Shown: positions 1 to 13,830, counted from the stretch's first letter. The stretch: 64,000 nucleotides of DNA from Vitrella brassicaformis CCMP3155 (GCA_001179505.1 CDMY01000225.1:1-64000), one strand, 5' to 3'. Numbers and translations are program-made. Notes: generated by a model not told the origin, from the sequence alone.

Positions 1-632
1 CGGTAAAGACGGGGAAGGTGGCCTTTGTCTCGAGATTGAGTGTCATCTCTGCTGTCTGCTTTGTTGATGTTGTTGTTGTCTTTCTTCAAGTACTGCTCGT
101 AGTTGACTGCTGCTGATACTGCGCAAGACACTGATAGACCTGTTAGGACCTTTCCTGTAGTCAGCTGAATAGAGGATCTGCTGGGCGGTAAGTCGCAGAG
201 TAAGGGTGCCTTTTACTTTAATAAGATCGATGGACTGGCCAGTCAGTCAAAGTTGTTTTTGTCCATGTATGGCATCATGAAGGGTGGTCAACACAGATCT
301 CACTTCGGTGATGGCTGATAAGATCGTGTCTCCTCAGAATGCTTTCCTTGTCTTTCCTTGTCTTCACCTCTCTCTCTCCGTTACACAGCAATCTACCCTA
401 GCTCACAAGCTCGCAGTGATTCGTCTTGCCAAGCTGACAATCCTGACACCAATGCATTCGTCGACTAGGTCAAAAACACTGATATGCAGTCAGTGCCACA
501 CACAGCGCAAACGGCACTCACTCACTCACCGCCGTAGTCGCTCCCTGGCCAGCCAGGAGGTATCCAAATGAATCAGTCAAGGGCACACGACCAACGAAGT
601 ACGCGCCTGCCAGTTCAGCCACACACAGCAGT

Positions 633-1140
633 CTAGCTACCGACCAACAGCCACCTAATCACAGTAAGTGCCAGTGATATGAACCGCAGGGAGGGGGAGG
701 GATGTTGCCAGGTATGTGTGTGTGTATACGAAGCGCTGCGACGTGCACATCGGAGAGAGTCAGCACATCGGAATGAGTGCATTGTTACCAAAAATAGGTC
801 ACCGCACGCAAGCCAATCGAATCCACACGCACGGCACGCAACACATCGACGTCGCCATACACACACGCACACGCATTTGTAGAGAGTATCCCCTTGAGCA
901 AAGCTATTTTCAACCAACCAGCCCGCCACCTGATTAATCACAGACGCCCTCTTGCTCTCGTCCCCCGCCCGCATTCATCGCTAGCCACACAATAACCAAC
1001 CAACCAACTATGTATGCACATTCTCCACACGGGGAGCCCAAGAAGACTGTTCGATGCTAGTAGGACGGTGACATGGCAGACATTGACTCCGCACGTCGGC
1101 TAGCTCTGTCATCCGCAGGTCAAGGTCCGCCGCCGACTTG
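633..1140 (-). CDS. Possible small multi-exon hypothetical gene
   Basis: Exon-like stretches (DKSAADLDLRMTELADVRSQ; SVINQVAGWLVENSFAQGDTLYK) separated by GT-repeat intron-like DNA; no recognisable domain. Confidence 0.25.
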
Positions 1141-1412
1141 TCCATTCAGACCACCCCTCCCCCTCCCCCTCCCAGCCAGCCAGCCAGCCACAAGTCATTT
1201 TGTACACCCGCCTGTCTCCATATCTGTATGAGTGTCCATGCGAATGGAGAAATGAGAAAACACGAAGGAGACACACACAAAGGAAGACAGATTCGATACG
1301 GACAAATGAGACGTGCACACCCAGCATACCACACCAGCACCAGACAGCGTGAGTCAGGTGAGAAGAGAATAGGACAGAGGCAGGGAGATGTCTGTCATCG
1401 ATCGTCAGTCAC

Positions 1413-4092
1413 TCAGCTAGCTTGAAGACGATGAAGAGCCACATACAGGTCGACGCCGCCCCGACCACTGCACACGCGGAAGAACGAACACTGCTCTCGT
1501 CTGTTCGGTCTCGTGTGTGTGTGTGTGTGTGTGTCGACATGCGCACCTCTGGTTTGTCAGCGCCTGTACCGTGTGATGGCTGCCATCTTGCTGACGGCCA
1601 CCGGGAAGCGGGGGCCGTTGCCGCCGTCCTGCGGCTCCTCGGTCGTGTTGATCTCCAGGTCGACCAAACCGGTGCCGTCGCCCCTTCTGCTGAGGGCCAT
1701 GTGCACCGCACACGGGTCGCCCGCCTCCTCGCCACACAGCACCACCAGACGGCTTGACGTGCCGCCGATGGTGTGGTCGGCTGTGCGGCAGCCGTCCTTG
1801 AGCATCTTGATGGCGGCCTGCGTGGGGGGGTCGTACTGCTCGATCATCTCCGGTGTGACAGCGTCGCCTCGGATCTCCTGCCCGCCCAGAAAGAACTTCT
1901 CTGCACACACAGATTTATTCAGGCAGTCATTCACACGGATGGGTGAAGCAGATGAGTGTGTGTGGGTACGCAGAGTCTGTCTGACCTCGCCGAAACAGAG
2001 GCGCTGGCTCGTCCATGAGGAGGTCGAACGTCACGCCGCGCCCTGGCCCTTCCATGAGGAGGTCGAACATCACGTCGCACCTCTCGTCCAGCTCGCACCA
2101 GGCCTTGCAGTACACCGGCCGCGCCCCCTCAAACGTCAGCCTGAATGAACGAATGAGTGGATGGATGGAAGGAAGAGCCAAGGGAGACAGAGAAACGCGG
2201 GCCACTCATGGCGGGCACTTTGGTGTCTTCTCTCTCTCTCAACGTACTTCCGCAACATCACGTCGCTAAACTTGCTGTATCTGGCACGCCCGACTGCAGA
2301 CAGACAGACAGACAGACAGACAAGAAGAACATGAGCATGCCTCACTTCGTTGGTGCGTTGCCCTCTCCAACCTACGTGAGATCGGCGGGCCATCTCTGTC
2401 GATGCTGCTCGACTGTGTGCCTCTCGTCGACGCCAAACCGCTCAGAATACCACGCCCCCCCACGGTCCCCGTCACGCCCCAGTCACCGCTCCGCGGCAGC
2501 TCTAGCCCTCTGCCCAGCCGATGGCCAAACAGTGACCACTGTCGGATGGCGGAAGGGCGGTCGAACAGGGCCTTCCTGCCCACCATGTCGACGTCGTCAG
2601 CCGTCAGCTCGATGGGCAGCGACTCGACCCGCTTGTGGTGCTTGGCCAGGCGTATGAGCCCCCCACTGCCCGTCCAGTCACCCCCCGCTCCGAACACGTA
2701 CGCCAAGCGCACCAGCCGAAACGGCTGGAGGACGCCCGCCGACTGACTCACCGGCCCGAAAGCGAGCACGTCCGACAGGCCCCGCCTCGCCAACAACCCT
2801 CTGATCTCCGGCACGAGTGTCGCCGCGACGGCCCGTCCGACAGCGGGGGCGGTGCTGTAGAGGGAAGTGTTCATCTTGGCCATTGTGGTGTGGTGGGTCT
2901 GCTGGTCGACGAGTTGGGTGTCCTGCTGGCTGGCGAATGGCAGGAGCGTCTCGCGAAGAATGTCTGCGGAGAGCATGTTCACGCTCCGAACGAACTCAAC
3001 CACGTCGACCTGACACACAGAGAGAGAGGGATGGCGCGTCCATCTTGCTGACAGCAGCACGGTGTGACACTACCGGACGTACCTGCTCCTGGTGAGGATT
3101 CCTGGTGAGGATGCTGAGGGCGTCTAGGAATGAAACTCCGAAGCCCGTGTTGGACGACTCCTGCACAGCAAACAAGGGTGTGCGCACACACACGGATGGG
3201 TGGCCTCTCAGGTACGTCACCTGTCCATCCTTATTGGCTCGGCCGATGTAGGCGCAGGTCTTGAGGTGGCCATCCAGCTGAACCAACCACACACCCACAC
3301 AAACACAAACACGGCAGAGACCATATCAATACTCGCCCGAGACAACCAGATCATTCACGTGTGTGTGTATGTGTGTGTGTTTGCGGACCAATGCTACTTC
3401 GTCGAGGTGTTTGGACTCCTTCTGCAGTGGGCGCAGTGTGTCGGCGATGCCGGTGATGGCACTCTGCAGCGCCGGTAGCCGGCTGGCCGCCACAGACCCC
3501 TACACCCACAAGACACACGCAGCCAAAGGACGGATGAATGGATGGGTGGACGACACGCCATGAGCCGACCGACTCACTGACCTTCGCAGCCAGGTGCGTG
3601 ATCGCGTCGCCCATCTGCATACACACACACACACACACCCAGCAAACACGACACATGTCACTCCACCCACCACCTCCGCCCATCGACCCATCCCCGCCGC
3701 TCTCACCTGCGAGTGCAGCACAGCCGCCTGCTCGTGCAGGTCTTGCATACGCGCCAACGCATCATTGAACCGCTGCAAAGGCACACAGACGACACCATGG
3801 TGAGCAGCCGGACGACTGCTTGACGCGTGTGTATCGCTGCATGGCATTGTTCTCTCAACGCCGATCGGTCATCCCGTGTGCCGCCCTGGTCGCTGAGTGA
3901 CGTGAACAGATACCCAAACACACCGCCGCTACGTGCACCACCTGAACCGAACCAACACAGACAGAGCACCGCACGGCTCTGTTTGTTTGCTTTCTTATCC
4001 ATCTCACAGCCGATGAATCAGCCCACCAACATACCTGCCGCAGCCTGGGCCGCAGCTGATGTCGACGCTCCTGATGCTGCTGCGCCGTTCAT
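1413..4092 (-). CDS. Vitrella-type expanded-family hypothetical protein with helical N-terminus and possible BTB/Skp1-like segment (span includes introns)
   Basis: ATG at 4092 (MNGAAASGAS). GT-AG exons include LDGHLKTCAYIGRANKDGQ, ESSNTGFGVSFLDALSILTRNPHQEQ, the long exon ORF 2266-3060 (GDWTGSGGLIRLA..LTADDVDMVGRKALFDR..RQWSLFGHRL) and ORF 1557-1934 (ADHTI..RLVVLCGEEAGD..TTEEP..RFPVAV). Stop at 1413-1415. Confidence 0.75.
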
Positions 4093-4094
4093 TC

Positions 4095-5025
4095 TGAGGG
4101 CCCAGCGACTGAGGACACAATCTAACGGAATCGACGAGGAAACCTGGGAGCGCCGGCGCCCAAATCCTAAACACTGTAGGTAGGTTCCGAGGAGGGCGTG
4201 CAGGTCATCATCGAACTGTATGAATCACACACACAGACGGACCCCCACACACACAGAGACAGGAAACGTTACATCGAGGCGGCGACAACCGGCCGCTTCG
4301 TGTGTGTGTGCGGACCAGTGCTACTTCGTCGAGCTGTTTGGACTCCTTCTGCAGTGGGCGCAGGGTGTCGGCGATGCCGGTGATGGCACTCTCCAGCAGC
4401 TTCTCGCGACCCTCAGTAGCTACACCGCCCTGCACAACCAAACAAATAAACAAACAGAGAAACAAACAAACAGAGAGAGAAACATCACTGTGGGTGAGTG
4501 TTTGGCTGTGTGTCAAACACAGACCTTGGCGGCAGAGAACCTGATCGTGTCGCCCATCTGCACACACACGCCACACACGTCACTCCGCTGGCCTGTCTGC
4601 CGTCCAGTGGTGTGCTCTCACCCTTGAGTGTAACGAACCAATCTGCTCGTGCAGGCTGAGCAGCACGCCAACCATCTCACGGAACCTCTGCAAAGCACCG
4701 CACACACCACACCATGACAAGCAGACGAATGCGCGATGTGTGGCTGAGTGTCCTCTCACCGCTGATCGGTCGTCTTGCGTGTTGCCATTGCTGCTGAGTG
4801 ACGTGAACATATTCTTGAAGAGATTGCTGGTACTTGCACCACCTGAACCGACACAAAGTTCACAAACAAACACCGCCACAGCACACAGCAACACACTCAT
4901 TGCAGCACACTGAGTGTGACGCTCCTCTGTCTGCCTTTCATCCATCCCTCTCCCGGCCAGTCAATCAGCCCACCTGCAGCAGCTGATTTCGATGCTGTCG
5001 ATGGTGCCGCCGCTGCGCCGTTCAT
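4095..5025 (-). CDS. Tandem duplicate of the first exons of the 1413-4092 gene (in-frame extension or truncated paralog)
   Basis: ATG at 5025 (MNGAAAAPST). Exons GGASTSNLFKNMFTSLSS..DDRSA and LLESAITGIADTLRPLQKESKQLDEVAL match the copy about 930 bp downstream. Confidence 0.65.
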
Positions 5026-5372
5026 GCCGCCAGCAGTGCTGTGTGCCTGGAGCAAGAAGAGGGCGGCGCCGTGAGAAGTGAAGGATCGGCCAGGGAGCCG
5101 CCGGTGTCACCTTCGGAGGCGAGCCCTCACACCTCCTCGGCACACCTCAGAAAATCGGGAGATCTAGGGTCAAGGGTATCACAAACCCTGAACCCTTTTG
5201 GCGCAGGATCGCCTCGCGCTGCAGGTGGGCGCTCTTGGCAACGGCATGACCATCTTTTGATCGAACCGGACCTGCCGTATTCCCCTGTCTGTGCGGCCAC
5301 GTGCGACTACGCAACGGGGACTCCGAGCGGCGGCCTTGGCGGCGGCCATTGCAGACGCATCCCTGTGCAGCC

Positions 5373-8300
5373 ATGGCAAGCCCTAGCACGCCCGAAGGTA
5401 ACTCAAGGGTGCAGAGAAGAGGGCGACGCCATCCATCCATCCATTCTGCGCGGTGCTGCCGGCCCGCTCAGGATGCACGGTGCTGTCGGTGATCCCCACC
5501 AACCAACCAGCCAACAGCCAGATCATCCCCAGCAATGGTCGACACACCGCACAGAGGCGTCGCTCGCACCGTCGTTCGACTGATCTTTCGTGCTGCACTG
5601 CAGGCGTTTTGGGGCGGTTTTTCAACTGGGCCAGGAAGAAGGCGCCGCTGCTGAAGTGGGACGACCTGACCGTCAACTGGGCCATCTACGAGGACACACG
5701 CAGAGGTCGGGGGGAGGAGGGTGGGAAGGGACACGGGACTGGATGGACGGACGGACGGACGGACGACCGTTGTGGTTTGTTTGTCTGTGTATTCAGCGTT
5801 GGTGGGCGTGTGGGAGACCCTCGCGTCACCTAATGTCGAGGCCGATGACGTCAAGGACTCTGTTTCGTGCTTCCTCTTGGCCGAGGCCAACCTCATAAGG
5901 TAGGTGAGACACACAGGTAGGTGTGTGGTGGCGTGAATGCGTTGTGTGTGGTGTGGTGCAGCGGTTTGTTGAAGACTGACAACGTAGAGCTGACGGAGGC
6001 CAAGAAACTCTACCAGAAGGCTTACGAAATGGCAAAGGAGGTGGGGCCACACACTCACACCCACCTTCCCCCCCTCCCCACACACACCCACACAGCCAGG
6101 GCCAGAACGCATATCTCGCGTGCTGAACTGATGCGCATGGATGGATGCAGTGGTATGAGGCGGCCAACACGGTGTACAGGGCCAGGGCGGCCGTAGACGC
6201 GACACAGAGGACGGCCATCCAGGTGAACACAACCCCCCACACAAACATACATACGACACAGACGTCCACAATTTCTTCTCTATGCTTGTGTGCACGTCAG
6301 ATCATGTCGTGTTGTTTGATGGTCATGGGCGAGGCTGCGTTGTTCAAGTCGCTCATGAAGGTGCTCATGAAGGTGCTCACCATCTTCCCCGAACAAGTGC
6401 CCCTCCTGCTCGACTCGGTCGCGCTTGGTGAGTCGGCCACACCCGCACAAACGCGACACACTGTGTGTCTCTTTGTGTGTTGTGCGGGCAGATGGCGATG
6501 TGTCGTTCGCGTCAGTGTGGTCGAGTCTCAAGACGAGCGTGCCTCTGGTCTCCGAGTGTGTGGAGCTGTGCCGCCAGACAGCCTGCGCACTCGGCAATGC
6601 CATCAACCACTACGAGAAGGCGCGCAAACTACTCAGCAAGATCAACATCGCCCTCACCAGGTGAGAGTGAGAGAACATACCAAGCACCAACCTGGGCAAT
6701 GAATCATTATGACGCTGTGTGTGCAGTTCGCACGGGGCCGCCGCAACGTCGGCGTCGTGGATTCCTCCCTGGCTGAGGGAGGGCGACCCCACGGTCAACA
6801 CGGACACGCGAATTGTGCAGCTGGAGGAGTGGGACTCTATGGTGATGGACATGCTCGATGGGGTGAACGCCATAGAGGGTGAGGGAACGGCACGCACAGC
6901 ACCTCTCTCTCTGCGGGTGCGTCGTTGAATGGATGGCTCTGTGCCTTTTTGTGTGTGCGGGTTTCGTCAACTTCTCGCTGGGACTGGATGGCCTCGGCGC
7001 CTCAAAGGCCCTGTTCAAGAGCATCCGTACGCACAGCCAGCTGCATGCCGGCAGGCACCCTTTGACGCGTCCAGCCCGCACCCATATCTGTCCGTCCGTG
7101 TGTGTGCCTGCAGGTGCGGTGGTGTCGATAGTCGTGTTCCACGTCCGCGGCTTCCAGTCGTTGCCGTCGGATTGGGGCTACGGCGACTCGCTGCTGAGCA
7201 ATGTGAGGCAGAAACAGAGGGGAACAGCCGTCCATGCAGCATTTATCGTATCGGACCTTTGTGTGGACAGATACGTCGTCACGGCACGGTGCGTCTGCAT
7301 GGGTGGATGGCCAAATACGTACGGGACTTAGTCATCGGCTGCCAGGGGTACCTGCCTCCTCCTGATACGGAGCACCAGCAGGTGACCGTTGGTTGATGAA
7401 GAACGAAGGGCACGTATGTACATGTATGTATGCGTGTGTCCGTCTTGCAGGAGATCTGCTTCAGCTTCTACCTTCCCCCGGTCGTCGCGAAGGCGGCAAC
7501 CATGAGCAGAAAGTAAGAGGGGGTCCCTGCAGCCAACCATCCAGCAGGGTCATATGACTGTGCAGGTTTCAACTCGGACAGACGGCGGAGGTGTGCACCC
7601 TGTTGGAGAGACTGATGCAGCGGTACAGTACACACCCCACACAAGCATCCACCATCAACCCATCCATTCCTTCGTTTTGCTGTGGTCCGTTTTCTGCAGC
7701 GTTGGTGGTGTCGAGAGTGTGCTGTGTGGTGGCCTCGCTGGCGAGTGCGATGACTACTTCAAGCCCGTCCACAAGGTCCTTTACGCCACGTTGGCTGCCG
7801 CACCATACTTCGTCAACAACGACTACGCCAAATGCCTCCAGATACTCAAAACAAGTCGGTCCATTCGCACCCACACACCGGGCAGCCAGCCACAAACACC
7901 ATATTAATACCACATGCATTCATTTGTGCAGCGAGTGGTGCTGCTGCTGGTGGTGGTGATGGTGGTGTCTCGTCGATCCTTGAGGCGTATGCCGCGCTCT
8001 ACGTCGTGTCGTCGCTGCTGTTGGATGAGCGTGAGGAGGCTATGGCCATGCGCCAGGCCTACCTGAAAGTATGACGTCACAAACAAGAAACAAGGAGATG
8101 CGACTCACTCACTCACTGCAGCTGCTGTGCCTCCATCTTCCCGTGTTTGTATGTCAGTACATAGTCCCAGGTCGCTGGAGCTCGTGGCCACTCCGCGGGA
8201 CGCTCTCCATGATGGAGCGTCTGACCGACCCGTATCTGACGGAGCGTCTGACCGGCAACCCAAGTTACCCAACGTACTTACACACACAGAGATTCACACA

Positions 8301-8877
8301 CGCATAAGACATTAAAGACAGGACCACACACGGGCCGAATGAATGGATGCACACAGGTACCACATGGGCCGTCTCGCCTACTTCAAGGTCGTCACGAGCC
8401 TCACGGGCTTCCCCGATGACGGGCCCGGTCTGTTGGCAGACGCGGACTTCAGAAAGGCACTCGAAGCAGAGCTGCAGCAGGTACGTGAAGGCGCAAATCC
8501 CACCCATGTATGTGCGTCAATCAACCAAGTTCCTTTGTTCTGTTCAGTATGAGGCGATGCTGAGGCCAGACGACCCGCCCGAGGACGGCGTGCCCGCCCA
8601 GGCCAACGACAAAGAGTGGGATCTGTGCAGGAGGATGCTAGGTATGCTGCCAGTCCACACAGCACACGACACAATACAACACAACACCACCCACGGCGGC
8701 CTCGGTATCCTGTCTGCAGTTTGTTGCCAAACACTCAAGCAGGAGAAGGAAGACAAGAAGAAGTGCGAGGAGGAGCAGGAGAAACACAACACAGATCAGC
8801 AGGAGGAGGAGCCTCCCACAGCCCCTCCCGTCCACCACGCGCCTCACCTGCCGCATCAGACTGCCCCGCCGAACTAG
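5373..8877 (+). CDS. Hypothetical alpha-helical (TPR-like) protein, about 18 exons
   Basis: Chain of exons with canonical splice sites: GVLGRFFNWARKK.., LTEAKKLYQKAYEMAKE, ALGNAINHYEKARKLLSK, NNDYAKCLQILK; last exon ends ..PHQTAPPN* at 8877. Start is uncertain. Confidence 0.65.
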
Positions 8878-9871
8878 ATAGATAGATAGATAGAGGGAGG
8901 GAGGGAGGGAGGGATAGAGATGGGAGGGGTAGCATGGCTTGCTTGGCTAAGTTCTTGGACGGATGGATGGAAGGATGGCTGATTTCGGACAAATGGGGGG
9001 ATGTGGGTTCATAGGCACCACATGGCATGCATGGTCTGTGGTGCGTCTTCCTATAGCCTAAGCTCATCGCCACCACTCATCCATCCATCATCCACCAAGG
9101 CGTGAATCGGCTCGCGTGTCAAGACAGAAACACCCAACGACCTTCCGAAAGGAAAATAACATGACACTGCCTCGCTCGCCCTCTTCTCTGGTTCCTGCAC
9201 CGTGTTCGGGCCGCAACGTGTCTCCGTCACGACACCTCAGCCAGTAGCCAACCTGCACACGCACACGCACACACACACACCACACACACACAGGTCAATG
9301 CACCCAATGTGCCGAACGAAGGCATGCCGTGCGTGTGTGTGTCTGTGTGTCTTGGAGTGGCTTGCGGCGATGGGCGTAAGCTGGGCTACACTTTGTTTGC
9401 ACCCGTCCTTCGATGCATTGATTCGTCTGTGTTCCGGGCAAAAGACTCGTCTTTGCCTCGTTTGGCGGTGGTGGTGGTGGTGGTGGTTGGAGTGCTTGTT
9501 TGGCGACTGTCTGTCTGTCTGTCTGTCCAAGGTTTGCATGTGTATAGCAATGCTGGATGCCGATTTGATGGGAGACAGACACCAAACGTTGCACTCTTGT
9601 TTGTTCGTCTCTGTACACATGGTTGACGTAGAGAAGTCACGGCAACCATGACACAACAGCGCGGACACACCCATGGCCAGTCAGTCAGTCAGTCGACCAC
9701 ACATCGATGGACACACACACACATACATGCACACAGCCGTCCACATATCTACACATCCGCCCCCCTCACCCCCCTCACCCCCTCCCTCAATCACGCAGAT
9801 GCCTGCACGCATCTGGCTGCTGCTATCTATCTGACTCACCCGACTAACTCGCTCAGTGAGTCAATGATTTG

Positions 9872-11767
9872 CTAGTAGACCACTTCGTCGCCGAACACCA
9901 GCACGGCATCGTCGCCCATCACCTCACGGACAACTCGCATCGTCCGGGGGAACCGCGCCGCTCCCGCCGCCCCCGCCACCGGCCGCTCGGTCGTGTAGAG
10001 GTACCCGTACGCGGAGCTCAGCTCTGCAAAAATGTTGTGTGCGAGGGTGCTGTGTACGTACACGTGGGCCTCGAAGGCGTCCCCTGGCTGGTCGGCGCAT
10101 AGCACGATCACTCGCCCCACGTCCCCCACTGGCGACCGGCACGTGGCGACCGTGTGGTCGGGCACCTCCTGCTGGACGAGCGCCCTCTCCAACAGAAGAG
10201 GAGAGAAGAGGGGTGCGATGACACTTGTTTGTGGACGCGTCCGTGGGTGAGGCGATCGTGTGCGTGCGTGTGTTCGACCGACCAGTCGGCGATAGAGAGT
10301 CTGTCTTTCGTCAACGAACTTGTAGGCGACTCGCGACACAACAGGGCCCGACCTCATGCTAAATGACCAGACAGACAGACAGAAATACAGAGAATGCATT
10401 GTATGTATGCAGTGTGTGTTTGTGTGTGGCTTGCTCTCGTTTTATTTCTGCACATGGACAACACCGCCCCCCGAAGTGACGCATAGTACCCACCTGCAAA
10501 GACAGAACGCCACACACGAACCAACCGAAGTATCCATGTACTGCCACCGCAACTGCCCTCCCTCCCTTCCAACAGCCATTGCCCACTTACCCATGTACTC
10601 ACACACGGGGTTGTTGCGGTCGAATGAGGCCCAGGAGCGGCTGGGGACCGGCAGCGACAACCGCTCGCCGCCCAGCAGCTCGTGGCCGTCGCTCGTGTGG
10701 TCGAGTATCATGCTCCTCTGGCCACGGCTGTTGAGGCGGCGACAAATGAGGGACAGCTGACGGAGCGCCATACAGCGGCCGTCGAACAGCCCCCGACTGC
10801 CCACCCCCTCCACGTCACCACGCCGCAGCACCATCTTGGGACCGTCGAAGCGGCCCTGGTGGTACGCGACTCGGCAGATGGGCTTCCACCCCTCCCACTC
10901 GCCGCTGTTTCGGATGACGTACAGGAAGCGCAGCAGCAGGCCGGTGGAGGGCAGATCGTAGTCGATGATGTCGTCGATGCCCTTGGTGCGCAGCTCAGCG
11001 TTGATGAGTGGCTTGAGGGTGGCGTCGGAGTACTGTCGGCTGGCGAGGCGGCAGGTGGAGCGCATGGCTGCGATGCTACTGGCGAGGCTGCCGCCCAGCA
11101 GAGGGAAGAGTTTGTCGCGCTCGGCGTCCTCTGTCATGCCGAACACACCTGGCACCTGAATGTGCACACAAAGCCGCGACCAAAGAAGACAGTATTATAA
11201 GAGGCAACCAACATGCAACCGGGTCTTCTATGCGGCTGGCTGGTTGTGTGTACCGGTTCTACACGATTGCCCCGTTCAGGCAGAGGCGTGGTCTCGACGT
11301 ACACGAAACGCACCTGCACACACGGACAGACAGACAGACAGACAGACATGGGATGATTCCATCCATCCATCCATCCCCCCAACCCACCCAACAGTGGATG
11401 AGCATCTCTCTCAATGTGCACGCACCTGCTGGTCCCGGGGCGATGTGGTCGTCACGTGCGGAATCACCACACAGAACTCCTCACCGCTGCCACTGCTAAC
11501 CTCCTCCTTCAAGGACACCCTCGCCGCCCCGCCACTGGCCACCTCCCGCTTGTACACCTTCGCCTTCACCCAAGCCTCCGGCTGGTCCTCCTTCTTCTTG
11601 CCCGACACCATCCACACAGAAGTGCCCATCTGGTAGGAAGAAGCCGGGTAGATGCGCGCGGTGCTTTGCGGCTGTGGCTGTGGCTGTGCCGCTGCAGCTG
11701 ATGCCGATGATGATGACGACGATAGGGGACCGCCCATGGTCGAGTCAAAAAGCAGACGGCCCGACAT
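9872..11767 (-). CDS. Vitrella-type expanded-family protein with an N-terminal SH3/Tudor-like beta domain
   Basis: Exons: MSGRLLFD..VWMVSGKKKEDQPEAWVKAKV..; VRFVYVETTPLPERGNRVEP; ORF 10442-11167 (GEWEGWKPICRVA..GLFDGR..RQLSLICRRL); ORF 9872-10399 (PDHTVA..RVIVLCADQPGD..YTTERP..RFPRTMRVVREVMGDD*). Homologous to the gene at 1413-4092. Confidence 0.75.
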
Positions 11768-12393
11768 CTCCCTCGAGTCAGCTGTCAGATCCAGGTGTCA
11801 GACGATGAGTGCGGCGTGAGGGCGGGGCGCTGACCAAAGGGGCGCAGGAGGAACGAGGCTATGCGAAGGAATGCGGAAGGGCTGCACATGCTGCAATTGC
11901 AATACATGCAGCACTCCTTCCCGCGCCAAGGCTGAGTTTTCTTGACGAATGATGCGAGCTCACTTTTTGGCCCACTGGTGGCCCCTGGGCGTCTCAAGTC
12001 TCCTCTCCCCTTCGGGAACAGATGACGGAAGCAATAATATCCCTCGGCGAGAATTGGAGACGGGACGAGAAAATCGAAAACTCGAGACAGAATCCAGACA
12101 GAATTCGTCCCGCTTTTCACAGTTTTCGTCCGCACTCCGCTTCTCGCCCTTCTTTCGTCCACAGATCCTCCGTTTCTTGTTCTTTTCATCTGCTGTTTGG
12201 CTGGTGTGGTTCGCACCATCCTCCTCTACCCCTCCCAACTCGTCCGGATGTCGTCTGCCACTTCCTTCCTCACCAGGCGGCAGCAGCAGCAGCAGCAGCC
12301 CGGCACTGCAACAAGGAATCTTCTTTCTAAGCCGTCATTAGCGTAGGAAGAGGAAGAGGAGGAAAAGGAGGGAGGGAGGGAGGGAGGGAGGAG

Positions 12394-13136
12394 ATGGCAA
12401 AGGCAGAGAGGGAGGGCAGGGATAGGGAGCAAGACGCAAAGGCCAGGCGCCGAGAGGAAATCCGAGACAAACAGGCCAGTCAGCCACTCACTCAGTCAGT
12501 CAGTCAAACAGACAGCCAAGAGGGCAGACAGACAGACAGACAGACAAACAAAGGCTCCAGCACCTGGGTGTGCTGGGGTAATGTGTGTGTTGAGGTGTGT
12601 TTGGACGGTTGGCTGGCTGACTGACCATGTGTGTATGTGCCTGTTTCTTGTGCAGGACGCCATGATTCATCGTGTGGTAGCGGGCTTTCGGCGCCCCATT
12701 GACGCGGACAGCAAAGCCGAAAGGGACAGGCTGTATGGCTTGTGCAAGGACCACCACAGCCCCACCGACGTCCCCACAGACAGTTGCGACGACGCCAAGG
12801 TGGGCAATTAGTTGAGTGAGGCATATGTACCTACATATGCACCGATATATGCATGCCTGGATACACTGACTGACTACTAAGCTTGGTCGTCACTGTGTGT
12901 TGCCTTGCCTTGTCTTGTCTTGTCTTGTGTGTGTCGTTCGTTGCCTGCCTGCATCCATGCAGGTGCAGGAGGATGGCCCTCGGACACGGGCTGCTCAACA
13001 CCTGAGCAGCATCCACGACGCCATCGCATGCCCCGGCGGCCAGGGATCGACGGACAAGAACTCCGTCAACATGGCGCTGCGGCAGCTCAAGAGCGACCTA
13101 GAGGATAACTGTAGGCTGCGCCAGAGCGGGAGGTAA
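12394..13136 (+). CDS. Hypothetical protein
   Basis: Exons with clean acceptor/donor sites: DAMIHRVVAGFRRPID..DDAK and VQEDGPRTRAAQHL..MALRQLKSDLEDN. Confidence 0.45.
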
Positions 13137-13149
13137 TTGTGGGACATGA

Positions 13150-13830
13150 GGGGGGATAGCGGCAGGGGAGCCGCCTGGTGCCTAAGCCGCTTGTTGCCAT
13201 TTCCATCGCCACTGCCAAGTAGGTCGCAGCGTCTTCGCAGGTCGCGGACGCCGTGACGCCGTGGATGTATCCGCTCACCCTGGATGACGGCAGTGCAGAT
13301 CTGGATGGCCTCCTTGGCGTGATTGACTGACAGGTCGGCGTCGATCTCGGCCATCTTGAGAAGGGCCTGTAGCAACACCCACCCACCCACCCACCCACAC
13401 ACACACAGACAGACAGACAGACAGACAGACACGTGGGCATCCCTGAGTGCATGTGTGAAAGCTGACCCGCTTGGCTGGGTTTCTTTGGGAGTATTCTAGT
13501 GTACGACCTGCGCTGCGGGAAGGCCTATCTGCACAAGGTAACCAACGACACACGACCACACCATCAGTCGGTCGCCCCTCTCGCCACAGATGTCTGTGTG
13601 TATGGTTTGTGTGTCTGGTGTGTTGTGTGTGTGTGTGTGTGCGTGTGCACAGAAGGACCACTTAGCCGCCCTCGGCGATCTGCAGCAGGCCCGCTGGCCA
13701 TCTCGCCGATGAGATCCTTCAACTGATCACGGCCGCAACAAAAGGGTACATGGATGGGGTCGGCGTAGCTGACGAGCAGTCCTTCGCACAGCCCATGACG
13801 ATTCCCACTGTGCACCATCCGACGGCTGCC
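13150..13830 (-). CDS. Hypothetical protein, convergent with 12394-13136
   Basis: Exons LKDLIGEMASG.. and ALLKMAEIDADLSVNHAKEAIQICTAVIQ flanked by repeat-rich introns; both ends uncertain. Confidence 0.4.

Noticed and set aside
9050-9870. ORFs between the two genes at 8.9 and 9.9 kb
   Set aside because: No coherent exon chain or domain; more likely 3' UTR or intergenic repeat-rich DNA.
11785-12341. 144-aa and 130-aa ORFs with a Cys cluster (CCMYCNC)
   Set aside because: They lie between divergent starts, contain the promoter-like motif and show no domain pattern; treated as regulatory or UTR sequence.
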